NCBI GenBank assembly: GCA_025594325.1
Contig: JANHCV010000012.1
Span: forward strand, 682,001-746,000
Source of the DNA: Blastocladiella emersonii ATCC 22665
Taxonomy: Eukaryota; Fungi; Blastocladiomycota
Direction: 5' to 3'
DNA: 64,000 nt
This document shows, one piece after another, positions 23,680 to 34,391 of the stretch. The translations under genes and the position numbers were made by a program. Within the stretch, counting starts at the first letter, position 1. Every line of letters starts with the position of its first letter. Under the pieces are notes generated by a model. That model saw only the letters and a list, made by a program, of their open reading frames with translations. It was not told the DNA's origin and ran no database searches.

Positions 23680-24460
23680 GCGCGCTTTGCCGTCCTCGCT
23701 TACTAGTTTGAAACTGAACCCACTTTACAACGCGGGAATCAAGCAACTCGCGCAGTGTCTGCCCGCTGGATTACTTGACCTCGATGTTTCCTACAACGGC
23801 ATGCGTCATGATGGCGCACTTGCGCTTTCGCGTGCCCTGCCACGTACCCTTACGACTCTCAACGTGGCCGGTATTTACATTGGTCCAGAGGGGTTCTTTG
23901 CCATCGTCCACGGCCTCCCGAAATCAATCGAGCGGCTCGTCGCATCGCGTTGTGACATTGGACCGCTCGGCGCCAGCACACTGCTGCATCGTGACTTGCC
24001 AACCTCAAATTCCTCAACCTCAGTAGGCTGACTGACTCCGCCTCGTCCAATGTTGAGACGAGCGAGTCTGATAGCGTCGTTCAGGTCGCCTTTGATCCGG
24101 TCACGCCGTTCCCCCGACTTTCTGCCCTCGAGAACTTGATCATGGACAATGCAGCCGGGTCGCCAGGACACGCTCGCTTCATTGTCCCGTTTCTCGTGCC
24201 CAGTCGTCGGGAGCTTTCTCTTAAGCGGTCATGCCTTGACGACAGCGATCTCGCTGCGATTGTTGAGGCCATGCCGCTCAAGCTCGAGACACTTGACCTG
24301 TCCCGGAACCGCCTTACTGAGGTTGGGGCAAGCAAGCTCGCCCTAGGTCTCCTCTCCACGCTCAAGTCGCTCTCCCTTTCTTATGACCGAAACGGCGAGC
24401 TTGTCGCGCACGTGATCCTACGGACGTGCATCCGGATCGGCGTCAAGGACTTTCAAATTG
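23680..24460 (+). pseudogene. LRR-family fragment 4 (LRR part only, frameshifted)
   Basis: LAQCLPAGLLDLDVSYNGM...GFFAIVHGLP...MPLKLETLDLSRNRLTEVGA; no N-module. A degenerate copy of the upstream module follows at about 24488-24530. Confidence 0.7.
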
Positions 24461-26238
24461 CCAGTACCTCCACCACTCACTCCGTTCGGGTGTCAACTGT
24501 GCGGGGCTTTGCCCAACTGCCCTCTCGCAGCGATCACTCAGCGCAACGGACGCGTTGTGGACGCGTGGTTCAAGTAACTGCATGATTTATGAAGTGGAAC
24601 ACAAGGAACTCGCTTCAGGTGCAGCAGCGCTGACTGGGACCGTGCTTCGGATCCGCGTTAAATGGAGGGACACGAGAGAAAGGGTCGCGACGCCTCAGTA
24701 CCGCGCGTTGGAGCTGTCCCGACACGCCTACTTCTCTCGCTTTTGCTCGCCTTCCTGCTGTTGAGCTGGATTAAGTTGACTACGGACGGGACGGAGCAAA
24801 CTGAAGGTTGCCAACCGGGTCGCTTTTACTTCCTTCACTTAGCGCGCGCTTCCAGCGACTCAACTTCCCCATGGTCTCCCGCAACGCGACGAGCTTTCAT
24901 CTAAGGAACCAGCCGACAATGTGACCGTGTTCATCGCATGCCACAATCTAGTTTTAGGCCTCGAGCAAGCTTGGTTTCTCAGAAACGGACCAAGAGCGCT
25001 CAGATGAAGCGGGCCTACTGTGGAACGGTTGCGCAAGGTTGACGCGCGATAGGGCGGACCACGGGATGACGTTCGTTGCGACGTGGGACGCGTCAGCGCT
25101 AACCAACATCGTGTGCATCATGATGCACGCATGGGCGGAGCGCTTCGTCTCGTTCGTCCCCACCTGGCAAAACTTGCTCATGCAACAATACTCACTTCAC
25201 GCAAAACTTCGAGAACGGGAGGACTGTCAAGCTCGTGCTGACGCACGCCTGTCGGTGAGAAGCTGGCATCAGCGGCCGCGACGGCCTGCTCAGCTGACTT
25301 TCGCTCGCCTTCAGCTGCGCGGTGGTTGACGTGCACAAATTGCATGGGAAGCATATCAATGTCGAACGTCGTGATGATTCGCAGCGCGCATCAAATAGAG
25401 CTCGCCGACAAGGTGTTCTAGCGATTCAATAGCGCGTTCTGCCACCGGCCAGGTTGCAGCGATCATGAACAAAAGCGGTGAGCAGCACAGCCAATGGAGC
25501 CGCGCGTGCTTGCGCTGGAACGAAGTCAGCTGCGTGCTCTGCTCAGAACATAGCTCGCACCTCATACCGCTGAGAAGGAGATATCGAGTAGCTACTCGTC
25601 GCGAGGGCTCACGCGGCTTCGTCGCTCCGCGTCGCTCAGCGCAAAGTCCCGCGGCAAGTAACCAGGACGCGACGCAACGCTAGGCCTGGCGGGCACAACG
25701 GCAGTGTAGTAATAGCGGCGGCGGCGGCGGCGCACGAATAGCGAGTCCATCTACAGCAGGGGAAGGATAAGGACACAATGAGCAAGAATTTCGAGCTTGG
25801 GTCACCTCAGAGAACAAGGCACTGCAGCTCAGGCAACGTGAAAGCATCCTGCGGCATGCTTCTCCGCTCACAAGCTCGCTTAAGCAGCACTCGTGCAGCC
25901 TGAAGAGGACAGTGCGAAAGAGATGCCAATGGAACACTCAAGCCAACGGTCGAACGAAGCACAGCACAGCACTGCGCTGCGCGGGCTCCACCCAAAACGC
26001 TGCAGGAGAGACGGGACCAGCCTGCCGTCGATTTCATGATTTATGAGATCCATTGCATAGAGTAATTCAGCTTCATCGATTAAGGAGAGCAAACGGGAGG
26101 GGAGCGGAGCGGAAGCGAGAGCCGAAGCGAAGTGGCGCAACGCGACACGGGGAGTGATGTCATTGAGAAAAGTGTGACTGGAACGTGACGAAACGAGAGC
26201 AGAAAATCGCGGTCACTATAGCTTGGGCAAAGCCCCGC

Positions 26239-26334
26239 ATGCACGCGTACACTTCTTCGCAAATCCCTGCCAAGTCTCCGTTCTGGTTCATGCTGGAAAC
26301 GGCGTTCGGCGACGGCGACGACGAAAACGAGTGA
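26239..26334 (+). pseudogene. Orphan C-terminal tail of an LRR-family gene (fragment 5)
   Basis: MHAYTSSQIPAKSPFWFMLETAFGDGDDENE* matches the family tails IPEDSEFWFMFETVYG and VPKDWFFWFMHETAFG. Confidence 0.65.
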
Positions 26335-26804
26335 AGACGGACGGCTGTGTCGCGATTGATAAATACATCCGTTGCTCAGTGCAACATTTCGGATGACGAT
26401 GCATTTTTCACGCACACGTTCCGCGACCTTCAAGGTGTACCACATCACCCGCTTTTCGACCGGGAGGACGTGTCCGTGCCCCTCAGAGCGTTCGCACAAC
26501 CGCACTGCTGCGGACGCGGCGATCCTGGCAGGATGCGCGTGCACTCATACTCTGAACTTAATCGAGGCATATTTAAAGCATCTGCTCCGACTGCACGGCA
26601 ATCACTTCTCGAACTACCTGATCGCGATCAAGCGCGTCGCCGACTCGATCCGCTTGCGCAGCAGTCCAGGTCTCCCGCGTGAGCTGATGCCGCACGTGGC
26701 GGAGGGTTTGAGCCCGCGATTGAAGACCAGATACAAAGCGTCCATATGGTTTCAAGTAAATTCCTGCCAATGCATCGTAAACCGCACGATGGCCTTCTCG
26801 CGGC

Positions 26805-26862
26805 AAACGCGTCGCAACGCGGTCAGCCGATGGTGGCTGCCACTCCTGTCAACCTGTCCCGC
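26805..26862 (+). promoter_or_regulatory. 58-bp conserved upstream module, copy C
   Basis: Same ungapped motif, 57 nt before ATG 26919. Confidence 0.7.
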
Positions 26863-26918
26863 AGTGCGGCTTGAGACGAAGCGATCGCGGACGCTGGATC
26901 GCCGCTTCCCCCGTAGCC

Positions 26919-28773
26919 ATGGATGCAGCTCAAATGATGAAACAAATGGACTCTATGCAACACGTTAAGCTTGCAATTCCGGCGCTCTTGGACCAGATTC
27001 TCGTCGACGCGGTGAAGTTGCACCAACCGGACGAGGTCGGCGCCATGCTCGAGTACGCTCGTGTGGCGCCAAGAGCGCAAATCCCCGGCGTTATAATCGC
27101 CATCTGCAACCAAATCTCTCGCGTTTCGGCTGACCAGGCGACCATCTCGGGCCGCGCTGATCTGCTGCAGTACCGCCGCCACTTTAACATGTCGCTCGAA
27201 CATACTTCCGCGGCGCTCAAAAAAGGCAGCTGAAAATCGACATTTTCGTGTGCTCGACTGGTGGCGCGAGTCGCAGCTCCCGCTTCAAACCGCGGGACTT
27301 CTGTGGCCCACCTGGGCTCTGTTCGCGCTTGGTCTACTCTCACTCTATGAATATCGGGTACGGATCCCCTTTGTATTGAAAAGGAGTGTCCCTGGACCCC
27401 TGGCTATCCATAATGAACGATTGTACTGATTGATATGGGCCGCTTCTCCTCAACTCTAGCCGCCCGTTACCTTGCCAGCGGAAGGGGACACGAAGGCCCA
27501 GAAACTCTTGGATTCTGCGCGAGTCGATGGATTCGATGAGGTGAATTTGTACCACCAGCGCCTGACTATGGAAGGCATCGACCTACTTAACCAAGCCATG
27601 GCCAGCTCGGCGCAACCCATCAAGACTGCGTCCCTGCTTGGGTGCGATTTCAACTGGACTCGCTTCAAGGCGCTCAAGTTTCCTGATTCGCTCCGGACTC
27701 GGGAATTCGGAAATAATCGCCTTGACGATTATTGCGACCCTCTCCCGGGCAAGTGGCTACCCGAATCGCTTACGTCGCTTTACATTGAAGACGAATACTT
27801 TCGGTCTCCGCAGTTTCGTGCTCACCTTCACTTTCTCCCGTCGGCTCTCACTTCTCTAAGCTTTCGGGGTTTCCCTCTTGATGACGGTTTGCTCGAGGTG
27901 CTGGTCCATGGACTACCTCCGCTTCTTACCGACCTTTCACTCGCCGAGTGCGAGCTAAAAGACGTGGGTGTCAAAACGGTTGTCGTTAACCTACCACCTC
28001 GGATTCGCAGCTTGTCGCTTTCCAAGAACTTGATAACTCGCGACGGTGCGCGTGCTCTCGCTCGTCGGCTTCCCCCTAACTTGACAGCGCTTGACGTGTC
28101 GCTAAATCCAATTGGGTCGGACGGCTTTTTCGCGATTGTGCATCACCTTCCTCGAACCTTCGAGTGCCTCACAGCAACCGATTGCAAGTTTGGCGTATTC
28201 GGCGCAAACGCGCTTCTTCACCGCGATCTCCCGAGCCTGAAGCGTCTCACGCTCACCCAACTCGACGTGGAACTGACTGGCGAACCCGGTAATCCTTATG
28301 ACGAAGGTCTTGATGCCGTGTTTGACCCGGCCACCAACTTTGCTCGCTTTCCCGCGCTCGAAGTGCTTGCTTGACTTGGAATGGGCCATTCACTCATCTG
28401 GCTGTATTTCGTTCTGGACCCCCTACATTGTACCGACTCTTCGCGAGCTCACGCTCGCCCGCTGTCATTTGAACGACACCGATCTCGCGGCGCTTGTCAC
28501 GGTGATCCCGCCCCATCTCAAATTCCTAACCTGGCGCACAACGAAATCACGGATGATGGTGTCAAGGTTCTCGCTCCAGCCCTTCCCTCGACGCTCGAGA
28601 CGCTGCGCATCTACACGAATCCAATCGGCGTTTTCGGAGCGTATCTCATGCTGCAGACGTGTATCCGACTCGGCAGCGTCAAGTGCCTTCAAATGCACGG
28701 TTTGTCGATGGTGCCAAAGGACTGGTTTTTCTGGTTCATGCACGAAACCGCGTTTGGCCAACCCCAAGATTGA
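26919..28773 (+). pseudogene. LRR-family paralog 6, at least three frameshifts
   Basis: +1 shift in the A6 run at 27219-27224 (LKKAAENRHFRVLDWWRES resumes in the next frame); further shifts near 28370 and 28525. Confidence 0.75.
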
Positions 28774-28813
28774 GGGGAATTCATTCGGACTTTGGTGAAT
28801 AACATGATGTTTT

Positions 28814-31152
28814 TTACTCGCACAATCCACCGCGCACCTGATCGATCCGCGCCACCGCGCGACTCGCGTCGCGGTCGTTCCGGATCTGCTGCCACCACCG
28901 GCGCGCCGCGTCGTGCTGCCCAGACGCCTCGAGGTACGCAGCGAGCCGCTTGACGTCGATCCCGAACGCGGGCCGCGCGCCGTCCGCGATCGGCGCCACG
29001 CGGTCCGTGTACAGCGCGACGAGGTCCTCGGGCGTCATCGCCGCCACGGCCTCGCCGTCGTCCGTCTCGCGCGCCGCTGGATCGCTCGACAGGTACGGCG
29101 GGTACGGGCCGGGACACCGGCGCAGGAACGCGAGGTGCGCGGCGGCCGCGATCCCGCGGCACGTCTGGCCCGGCGATTGCAACGCGAGCACGGCGAACTT
29201 GTGCAGGAGGTCCGATACGTCGAGTGTGCCAGGCAGCCGCGCGGCCGCGACGACGGCGGCCTCGATGTTGCCCTGTGCCGCGAGCTGCGAGAGCACGCAC
29301 CGCGCGAGCGCCGTGATGTCGTCGGTGACGCGGGTCGAGCAGGCCTTGGGCTCACCCGTCGCCTGCGCGAGGCGGTGGAGCAGCTCGACGACCTGCATCT
29401 GCTCCGCCGCTGCTGCGGTGCCGCGGGACCGGCGGCACGTCGTGTCGTCCCACAGCAGCGTCGTGAGCACGACGACGTCTGCCATGTGGCCCGGCGAGAC
29501 GAGCGGCCATGCGGTGGCGAGGTCGCGGACGTGGTTCCAGTGGCCGCGGACGAGGAGATGCCGCGCGTAGGCGATGAGCGAGGCGAGGGCCGCCCGCGGC
29601 GCGGCGATGCGCACGCTGACGATGGGCCCACGCTGGAACACGACGAGAAGCGCCGAGTTGGGCGCCGCAGCCGGGCGCGAGTAAGCGTGCCGCGTCGCCG
29701 CGGGCTCGGGCGACCACGAGACGAGCGCGGGAGGGCAGCGGAATGCGAGCGACGGAAGCAGGTCGATGGGCGAGGGTGTGGTCGTGTCACGGCCGCGGGA
29801 AGCGAGCGACCCGGAAAGGCTGCAATCCATGGGGCGAAGAAGCGGGTCGAACACGGACAAACGGCCCGACGGGTACACGACCGCGGTCGCGACGCCGCGC
29901 GGATGGACGGCGATGTGCGACGGCGCGGCCTCGGGACCCGGAGTTTTGGCGACAATGTTCCACGACAAGTGGTCGGTCTCGCAGGTGACGCAGAGGTGGA
30001 AGAGCTCGCCGGTGGCTGTGCCAAAGTAGATGGAGGTCACGCCGTGTCGCCGCTCGCCGTCGTGCTCGGCGGACGCGGGCGGTGCGCTCGCGGCCCACGC
30101 CGTAATCGCGCTCGAGAGCCTGAGCACGGGACCGCGCGCGTCGAGCTCGGTCCAGGTGCCCTTGGTGAGCGAGTAGCCGCGGACCCAGGCTTCGCCGATG
30201 CCAGTCGAGTGCACGAGCGTGATGAGGGTGGAGCCGAGCGAGAGGTGGACAACGGCGAGCGGGTCCGCGGATTGGATTGTTCCCGTCGACTTGAGAAGCA
30301 TCCTAGGTCGGACGAGGTTAGGGTTTGAGTGGTGGCATGGCATGGGAGCAGCGAACCTTCCCTCGCGCTCGACGCGCTCGTACAGCTGGACGCTGTGCTG
30401 GGCGATGACGGCAAGATGCTCGCGGTGGCTTTGGAACCGCGAAAGCTCGGCGTGCGGGTAAGGTACGTCCACGAACTCGGGCTAGATGTACGATACGCGG
30501 GTCAGTTGACGCACCGCGGCAGACGGTTTCGAGAGCAACATACCCGAGCGGCCATGGTCGCGCGAGGATTCTGTTCGAGATTCATAATTTTGTGCCGCGT
30601 GCTGTTGTAGTAGAGCCGGATCTTCTCCTCGCCCGCGATTTGGGCGACGACAAAGTGCGGCTCAATGTGAGCGCCGGACCACCGCACGGGGCCTCGGATC
30701 GCGGCGGTCGTCGTCGCAGAAGCGGTTGAGTAGATCGCCTGCGGCCCGTCTCGCGCGGGCGGCGGGTTGACGACATTGGCAAGCATCGGGTCGAGCACGA
30801 CGGCGGACAAGTCATTCGAGTCGCCGTGGATGATAAGACGCACGAGAAGACCGGATGAGAGCGGGATCTGGACCGTGTTCTCGTCGTGCCACAGCAGACA
30901 CAGCGGTGGATCGCTCGTCAGGTGCGCCTCCAGGTTGGCGAGGGTCTGGCGGGTAGCGGCGGGCAGCAGGGCGGATGGCTCAGTCACTCGGCGGGCTGCA
31001 CCGCGCGTGGAGCGCCAGTGCTCGAACCAGTCGCCCTCGAGCGGGTCGGTGATCGACTCCTTGGTCCGCAGCGTGTACAGCGGGACGAAGGCATCGGCGT
31101 TCCGCGGAACATGGGCGGTCGTCCATATCGCAAGATCCAAGTGCAATTGCAT
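28814..31152 (-). CDS. WDPCP: WDPCP/Fritz (CPLANE ciliogenesis effector) homolog, about 758 aa; intron 30482-30543
   Basis: TLANLEAHL...LLWHDENTVQIPLSSGLLVRL...LSAVVLDPML resembles WDPCP SLKELEELM...KWKNKYVCQLLFGSGVLVSL...LEKVVIDRSL. PSHIAVHPRGVATAVVYPSGRLSVFDPLLRPM resembles PSLISCHPSGAILLVGSNQGELQIFDMALSPI (reference sequences recalled from memory). The 62-nt GTATGT...TAG intron is in phase 0. Confidence 0.8.
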
Positions 31153-31375
31153 GGTGCTACATCAGCTCTAGGGCTTCCAAAGAGTCTCCGCGGTGAGAAA
31201 GGCGGCCTGCAGAACGGCGGACGCGACGCGAGGGCGGAGACGCGTCGAGCCGACACGTGGCGCCCACAACGCGTTGGGGTGGCTTCGCCGATCGTTCGCC
31301 TCTCCCTCTATCTCTCCCCTCTCACAGCCTCAAAACTGACCGGCAGTTCATGTAACTCTGTGCATTGCACTCACC

Positions 31376-31749
31376 ATGACCATCACCAAGCTCGCCAACC
31401 GCGCCTCGGCCCTCGCGCCGCTCTTTGCCCGCGGGTGGAAGGACCAGCTGCCCCGCCGCGACGCCATCATGAAGTCGTACCAGTTCCGCGACTTCAACCA
31501 GGCCTGGCAGTTTATGTCCGCGATCGCCCTCAAGGCCGAGACTGCCGCGCACCACCCTGTGCGTACTGCCCGCCCGATCGCGGCTACTCGCGTGATCACC
31601 CCGCTGACCCCGCTCTTGTCACGTAGGAATGGTTCAACGTGTACAACAAGGTCGAGGTGACGTGGTCGACGCACGACGCGGACGGCTGCAGCGAGCGCGA
31701 TGTGAACCTGGCCACCTTCTGCGACGAGGTCGCTGAGAAGCTCAAGTAA
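31376..31749 (+). CDS. PCBD1: Pterin-4-alpha-carbinolamine dehydratase, 101 aa; intron 31559-31626
   Basis: The spliced product has the family signature [11 protein letters not shown]...[20 protein letters not shown]. Confidence 0.92.
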
Positions 31750-32138
31750 AATGCTTCCTTGACGAATATAGATCGAGAACTTTACGGGCGTGAGCCAGTA
31801 GTAAGAAACGTCGTTCAGCGGCGACGGAGGCGGCAGCGGGTCGTGATCATAACCGCGAGGCTTGGGCTTGCAGCCAGACACTCTCCGCTCCACGCGTCGC
31901 TGCACTCACTCTCTTAGGGCCCGCTTGGTTCAGATCAGGTGGATCAGCTGAAAAAGTTGCCACGTTTCACCTCACCCCCGTTCATCTCAGCGGCCGTGCG
32001 AACCAAACGCCCCGCTGGATGAACGCCCCCCCCCCCCCCCCCCCCGCAATAAAATCTTTCCCACCTCTTTGCAGCCGCGCTTATTGCAACGAATCAACAC
32101 CTAACCTCACGCATCGTGTTCTCGAGCCCTCAAACAAC

Positions 32139-33456
32139 ATGGACAAGGGATACAACCGCAAGCTGCGCGGCCTAATGCTCACAGCCGCCCTCGCTCTCCT
32201 GCGACGTCTCGCTGCGCGCAACGAGCGCCGCTCGTGGGAGCCTATCCGCACGTCCACGCTTTCTGGCGAGTCGTGGGTTCAAGAGCTGCTGACGTGCAAC
32301 AGCGAAACGCGTTTTTCGGAAATCGCCCGTATGCCCCGCGAGACCTTCAAGGCCATCTGCCGCCTGTTCCGCGACCGTGGCCTTCTCGCCGACGGCCGCG
32401 AGCTGTCCGTCGAGGCGCGCTTCATGGTTTTTCTTGTCATGGCCGGCGAGGGCAGCACCAACCGCAACCTCAGGGAGCGGTTCCAAATCTCTGGCGAGAC
32501 CGCGTCCAGGGTTCTGAAGCAAGTGCTCGACGCTCTGTACCGCCTGATGCCCGAGTTCATTGTCCAGCCGTCCGATTCTACGCCCGTGCATGAGCGCATC
32601 GCCCACGACCCGAAATACGCTCCGTTCCAGAACGCGGTCGGCGCGCTTGACGGAACGCACATCCCGTTTGTTGTGCCCACTAAGCTTCACGACTCGTTCC
32701 GAAACCGCAAGGGGACCATATACTCAAATGTCCTCGCTGCCTGCGACTTTGACTTGAACTTCACCTACGTTCTCGCAGGGTGGGAGGGCAAGGCGCATGA
32801 CTCGCGCGTGCTCTCGGACGCCTTCGCCCGTGGGTTCAAGATCCCCGCCGGCCGCTTCTACCTCGCCGACGGCGGCTACGCAAACCGCACGTCCATCATC
32901 GTGCCCTTCCGCAGTACCCGCTATCATCTTCGCGAGTTTGCCCGCGGCAAGGATGGGTACGTTCTCACTGCCATGACCATCACGTTGGCGCCATCTCATC
33001 TGCTTCACCAACGTACGTAGAGTTAAGAACCGCGAAGAGCTTTTCAATCTGCGTCACGCGTCGCTCCGCAACTCCATTGAGCATATCTTTGGCGTGCTCA
33101 AGAAGCGGTTCCGCGTCCTCTCGATTGGCGCGGCCTACCCAATCAAGACTCAAGTCAAGCTTGTGTACGCGCTCTGCACGCTGCACAACATGATCAACAA
33201 GTGGAACCAAGGCGGCGACGCCTTCTTTCGCGACGCCGAGACGGAGCTCCGGCGCGCGCGGGACGCGGCGCGTGAGGCGCCAGTGCGTGGGCGCGAGCCC
33301 CTGGACGACGAGAACGAGGAGGACGACGAGGCCGCTGTCCTCGAGGCCTCGCTGGACGGAGCTCGTCAGCGCGGTATCTCGCTTCGGAACCGCGTCGCAA
33401 ATGTTCTTTGGACCGAGTACAGGCGCGTCATGGCCGCTCGTGGGACCCATCTTTGA
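32139..33456 (+). CDS. Harbinger DDE transposase, 417 aa; intron 32957-33020
   Basis: GALDGTHI, GWEGKAHDSRVL, YLADGGY and, after splicing, EELFNLRHASLRNSIEHIFGVLKKRF; catalytic residues are intact. Confidence 0.92.
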
Positions 33457-33769
33457 AGGCGCGAAATAATTGTTGTACCCGCATGCATGCTGTAATATAC
33501 TGATTTGTCAAGTACTATAATGTTATATAAGCGATTCTAGATGATTTGACGCGTCGCTGAGGTCAGAATGCATCGGTGGAGACGCGTCGATCAATCACGT
33601 GACGTGTGAGACACTTTGCGAACCACGCGTTTCTCAACGAGTCGCGTCATTTTCGAGCCAAGGGTAACGATTGAAGATACGATGGACACAAAGCCAGATG
33701 TATTGGACACAAATGGGCGAGAACAAGGCCAGGAAGCAACGCGAGGGGAGGGGGACATGTGCGAGTGAG

Positions 33770-34234
33770 CTACTGAATGAAAATCTCGAGGATGCGCTTG
33801 CGCTTCGATTCGGACACGGCCATGACGCGAAGCGCTTGATCCTCGGTCAGGCGGGTGGCGACGTCGATCTGGTACTCTTCATTGTCGTTGTACGCGTCCT
33901 GGACCCATTCAAGTGCGGCGGTCAGGACGGGCTTGGAGTCGGCGGTCGCGACGCTCTGGAACACCTCCTTGATGCCCATGAGGAATTCCGAGTCCGAGAG
34001 GCGACGCGAGCTGCTGTCCGAAGTGCGGCTGCGCTTGCTGGCGGGGGCCGCGTCGTCTTGACCATCGACACCTTCCACGTCACCAGACTCCTTGCCGTCC
34101 TGCTCGAGGTGCGAGTACTCGCCGGTGGTGGTCGAGCTGCCCCACGAAGGAAAACAGCGTTTATATAGGCCGGGAAGCACAGCCTGAAGGTTTCGGGGGC
34201 GAGCAGACGGGCAATTCAGCGACGAGGGTTCCAT
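33770..34234 (-). CDS. Harbinger ORF2 remnant (C-terminal part of the partner protein, no recognisable Myb/SANT domain)
   Basis: Convergent with the transposase. Acidic linker, basic KRSR motif and a helical C-terminal segment. Only about 130 nt separate the ORF start from the TIR, leaving no room for a Myb domain. Confidence 0.5.
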   Translation of the reverse strand: MEPSSLNCPSARPRNLQAVLPGLYKRCFPSWGSSTTTGEYSHLEQDGKESGDVEGVDGQDDAAPASKRSRTSDSSSRRLSDSEFLMGIKEVFQSVATADSKPVLTAALEWVQDAYNDNEEYQIDVATRLTEDQALRVMAVSESKRKRILEIFIQ

Positions 34235-34391
34235 TCAGCTCATCCGGGGGTCGACCCAAACGCCGCGATGAACGCGACGGGGTGAAAATGCCACGTTTCA
34301 GCTGGGTGAACACCGGACCGTGTAAAATCGATTGATCCACCTGATTCACCCCGGAACCAAACGGGCCCTTACCTCGAACCCCAAACCTCAC

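Larger units (their letters stand above)
31917..34368 (+). mobile_element. PIF/Harbinger DNA transposon, copy 1 (2452 bp)
   Basis: TIR GGGCCCG(C/T)TTGGTTC at both ends; TTA target-site duplication at 31914-31916 and 34369-34371; encodes a Harbinger DDE transposase. Confidence 0.95.

Noticed and set aside
26560-26720. LIAIKRV...HVAEGL as a kinase remnant
   Set aside because: No HRD/DFG motifs and wrong subdomain spacing.
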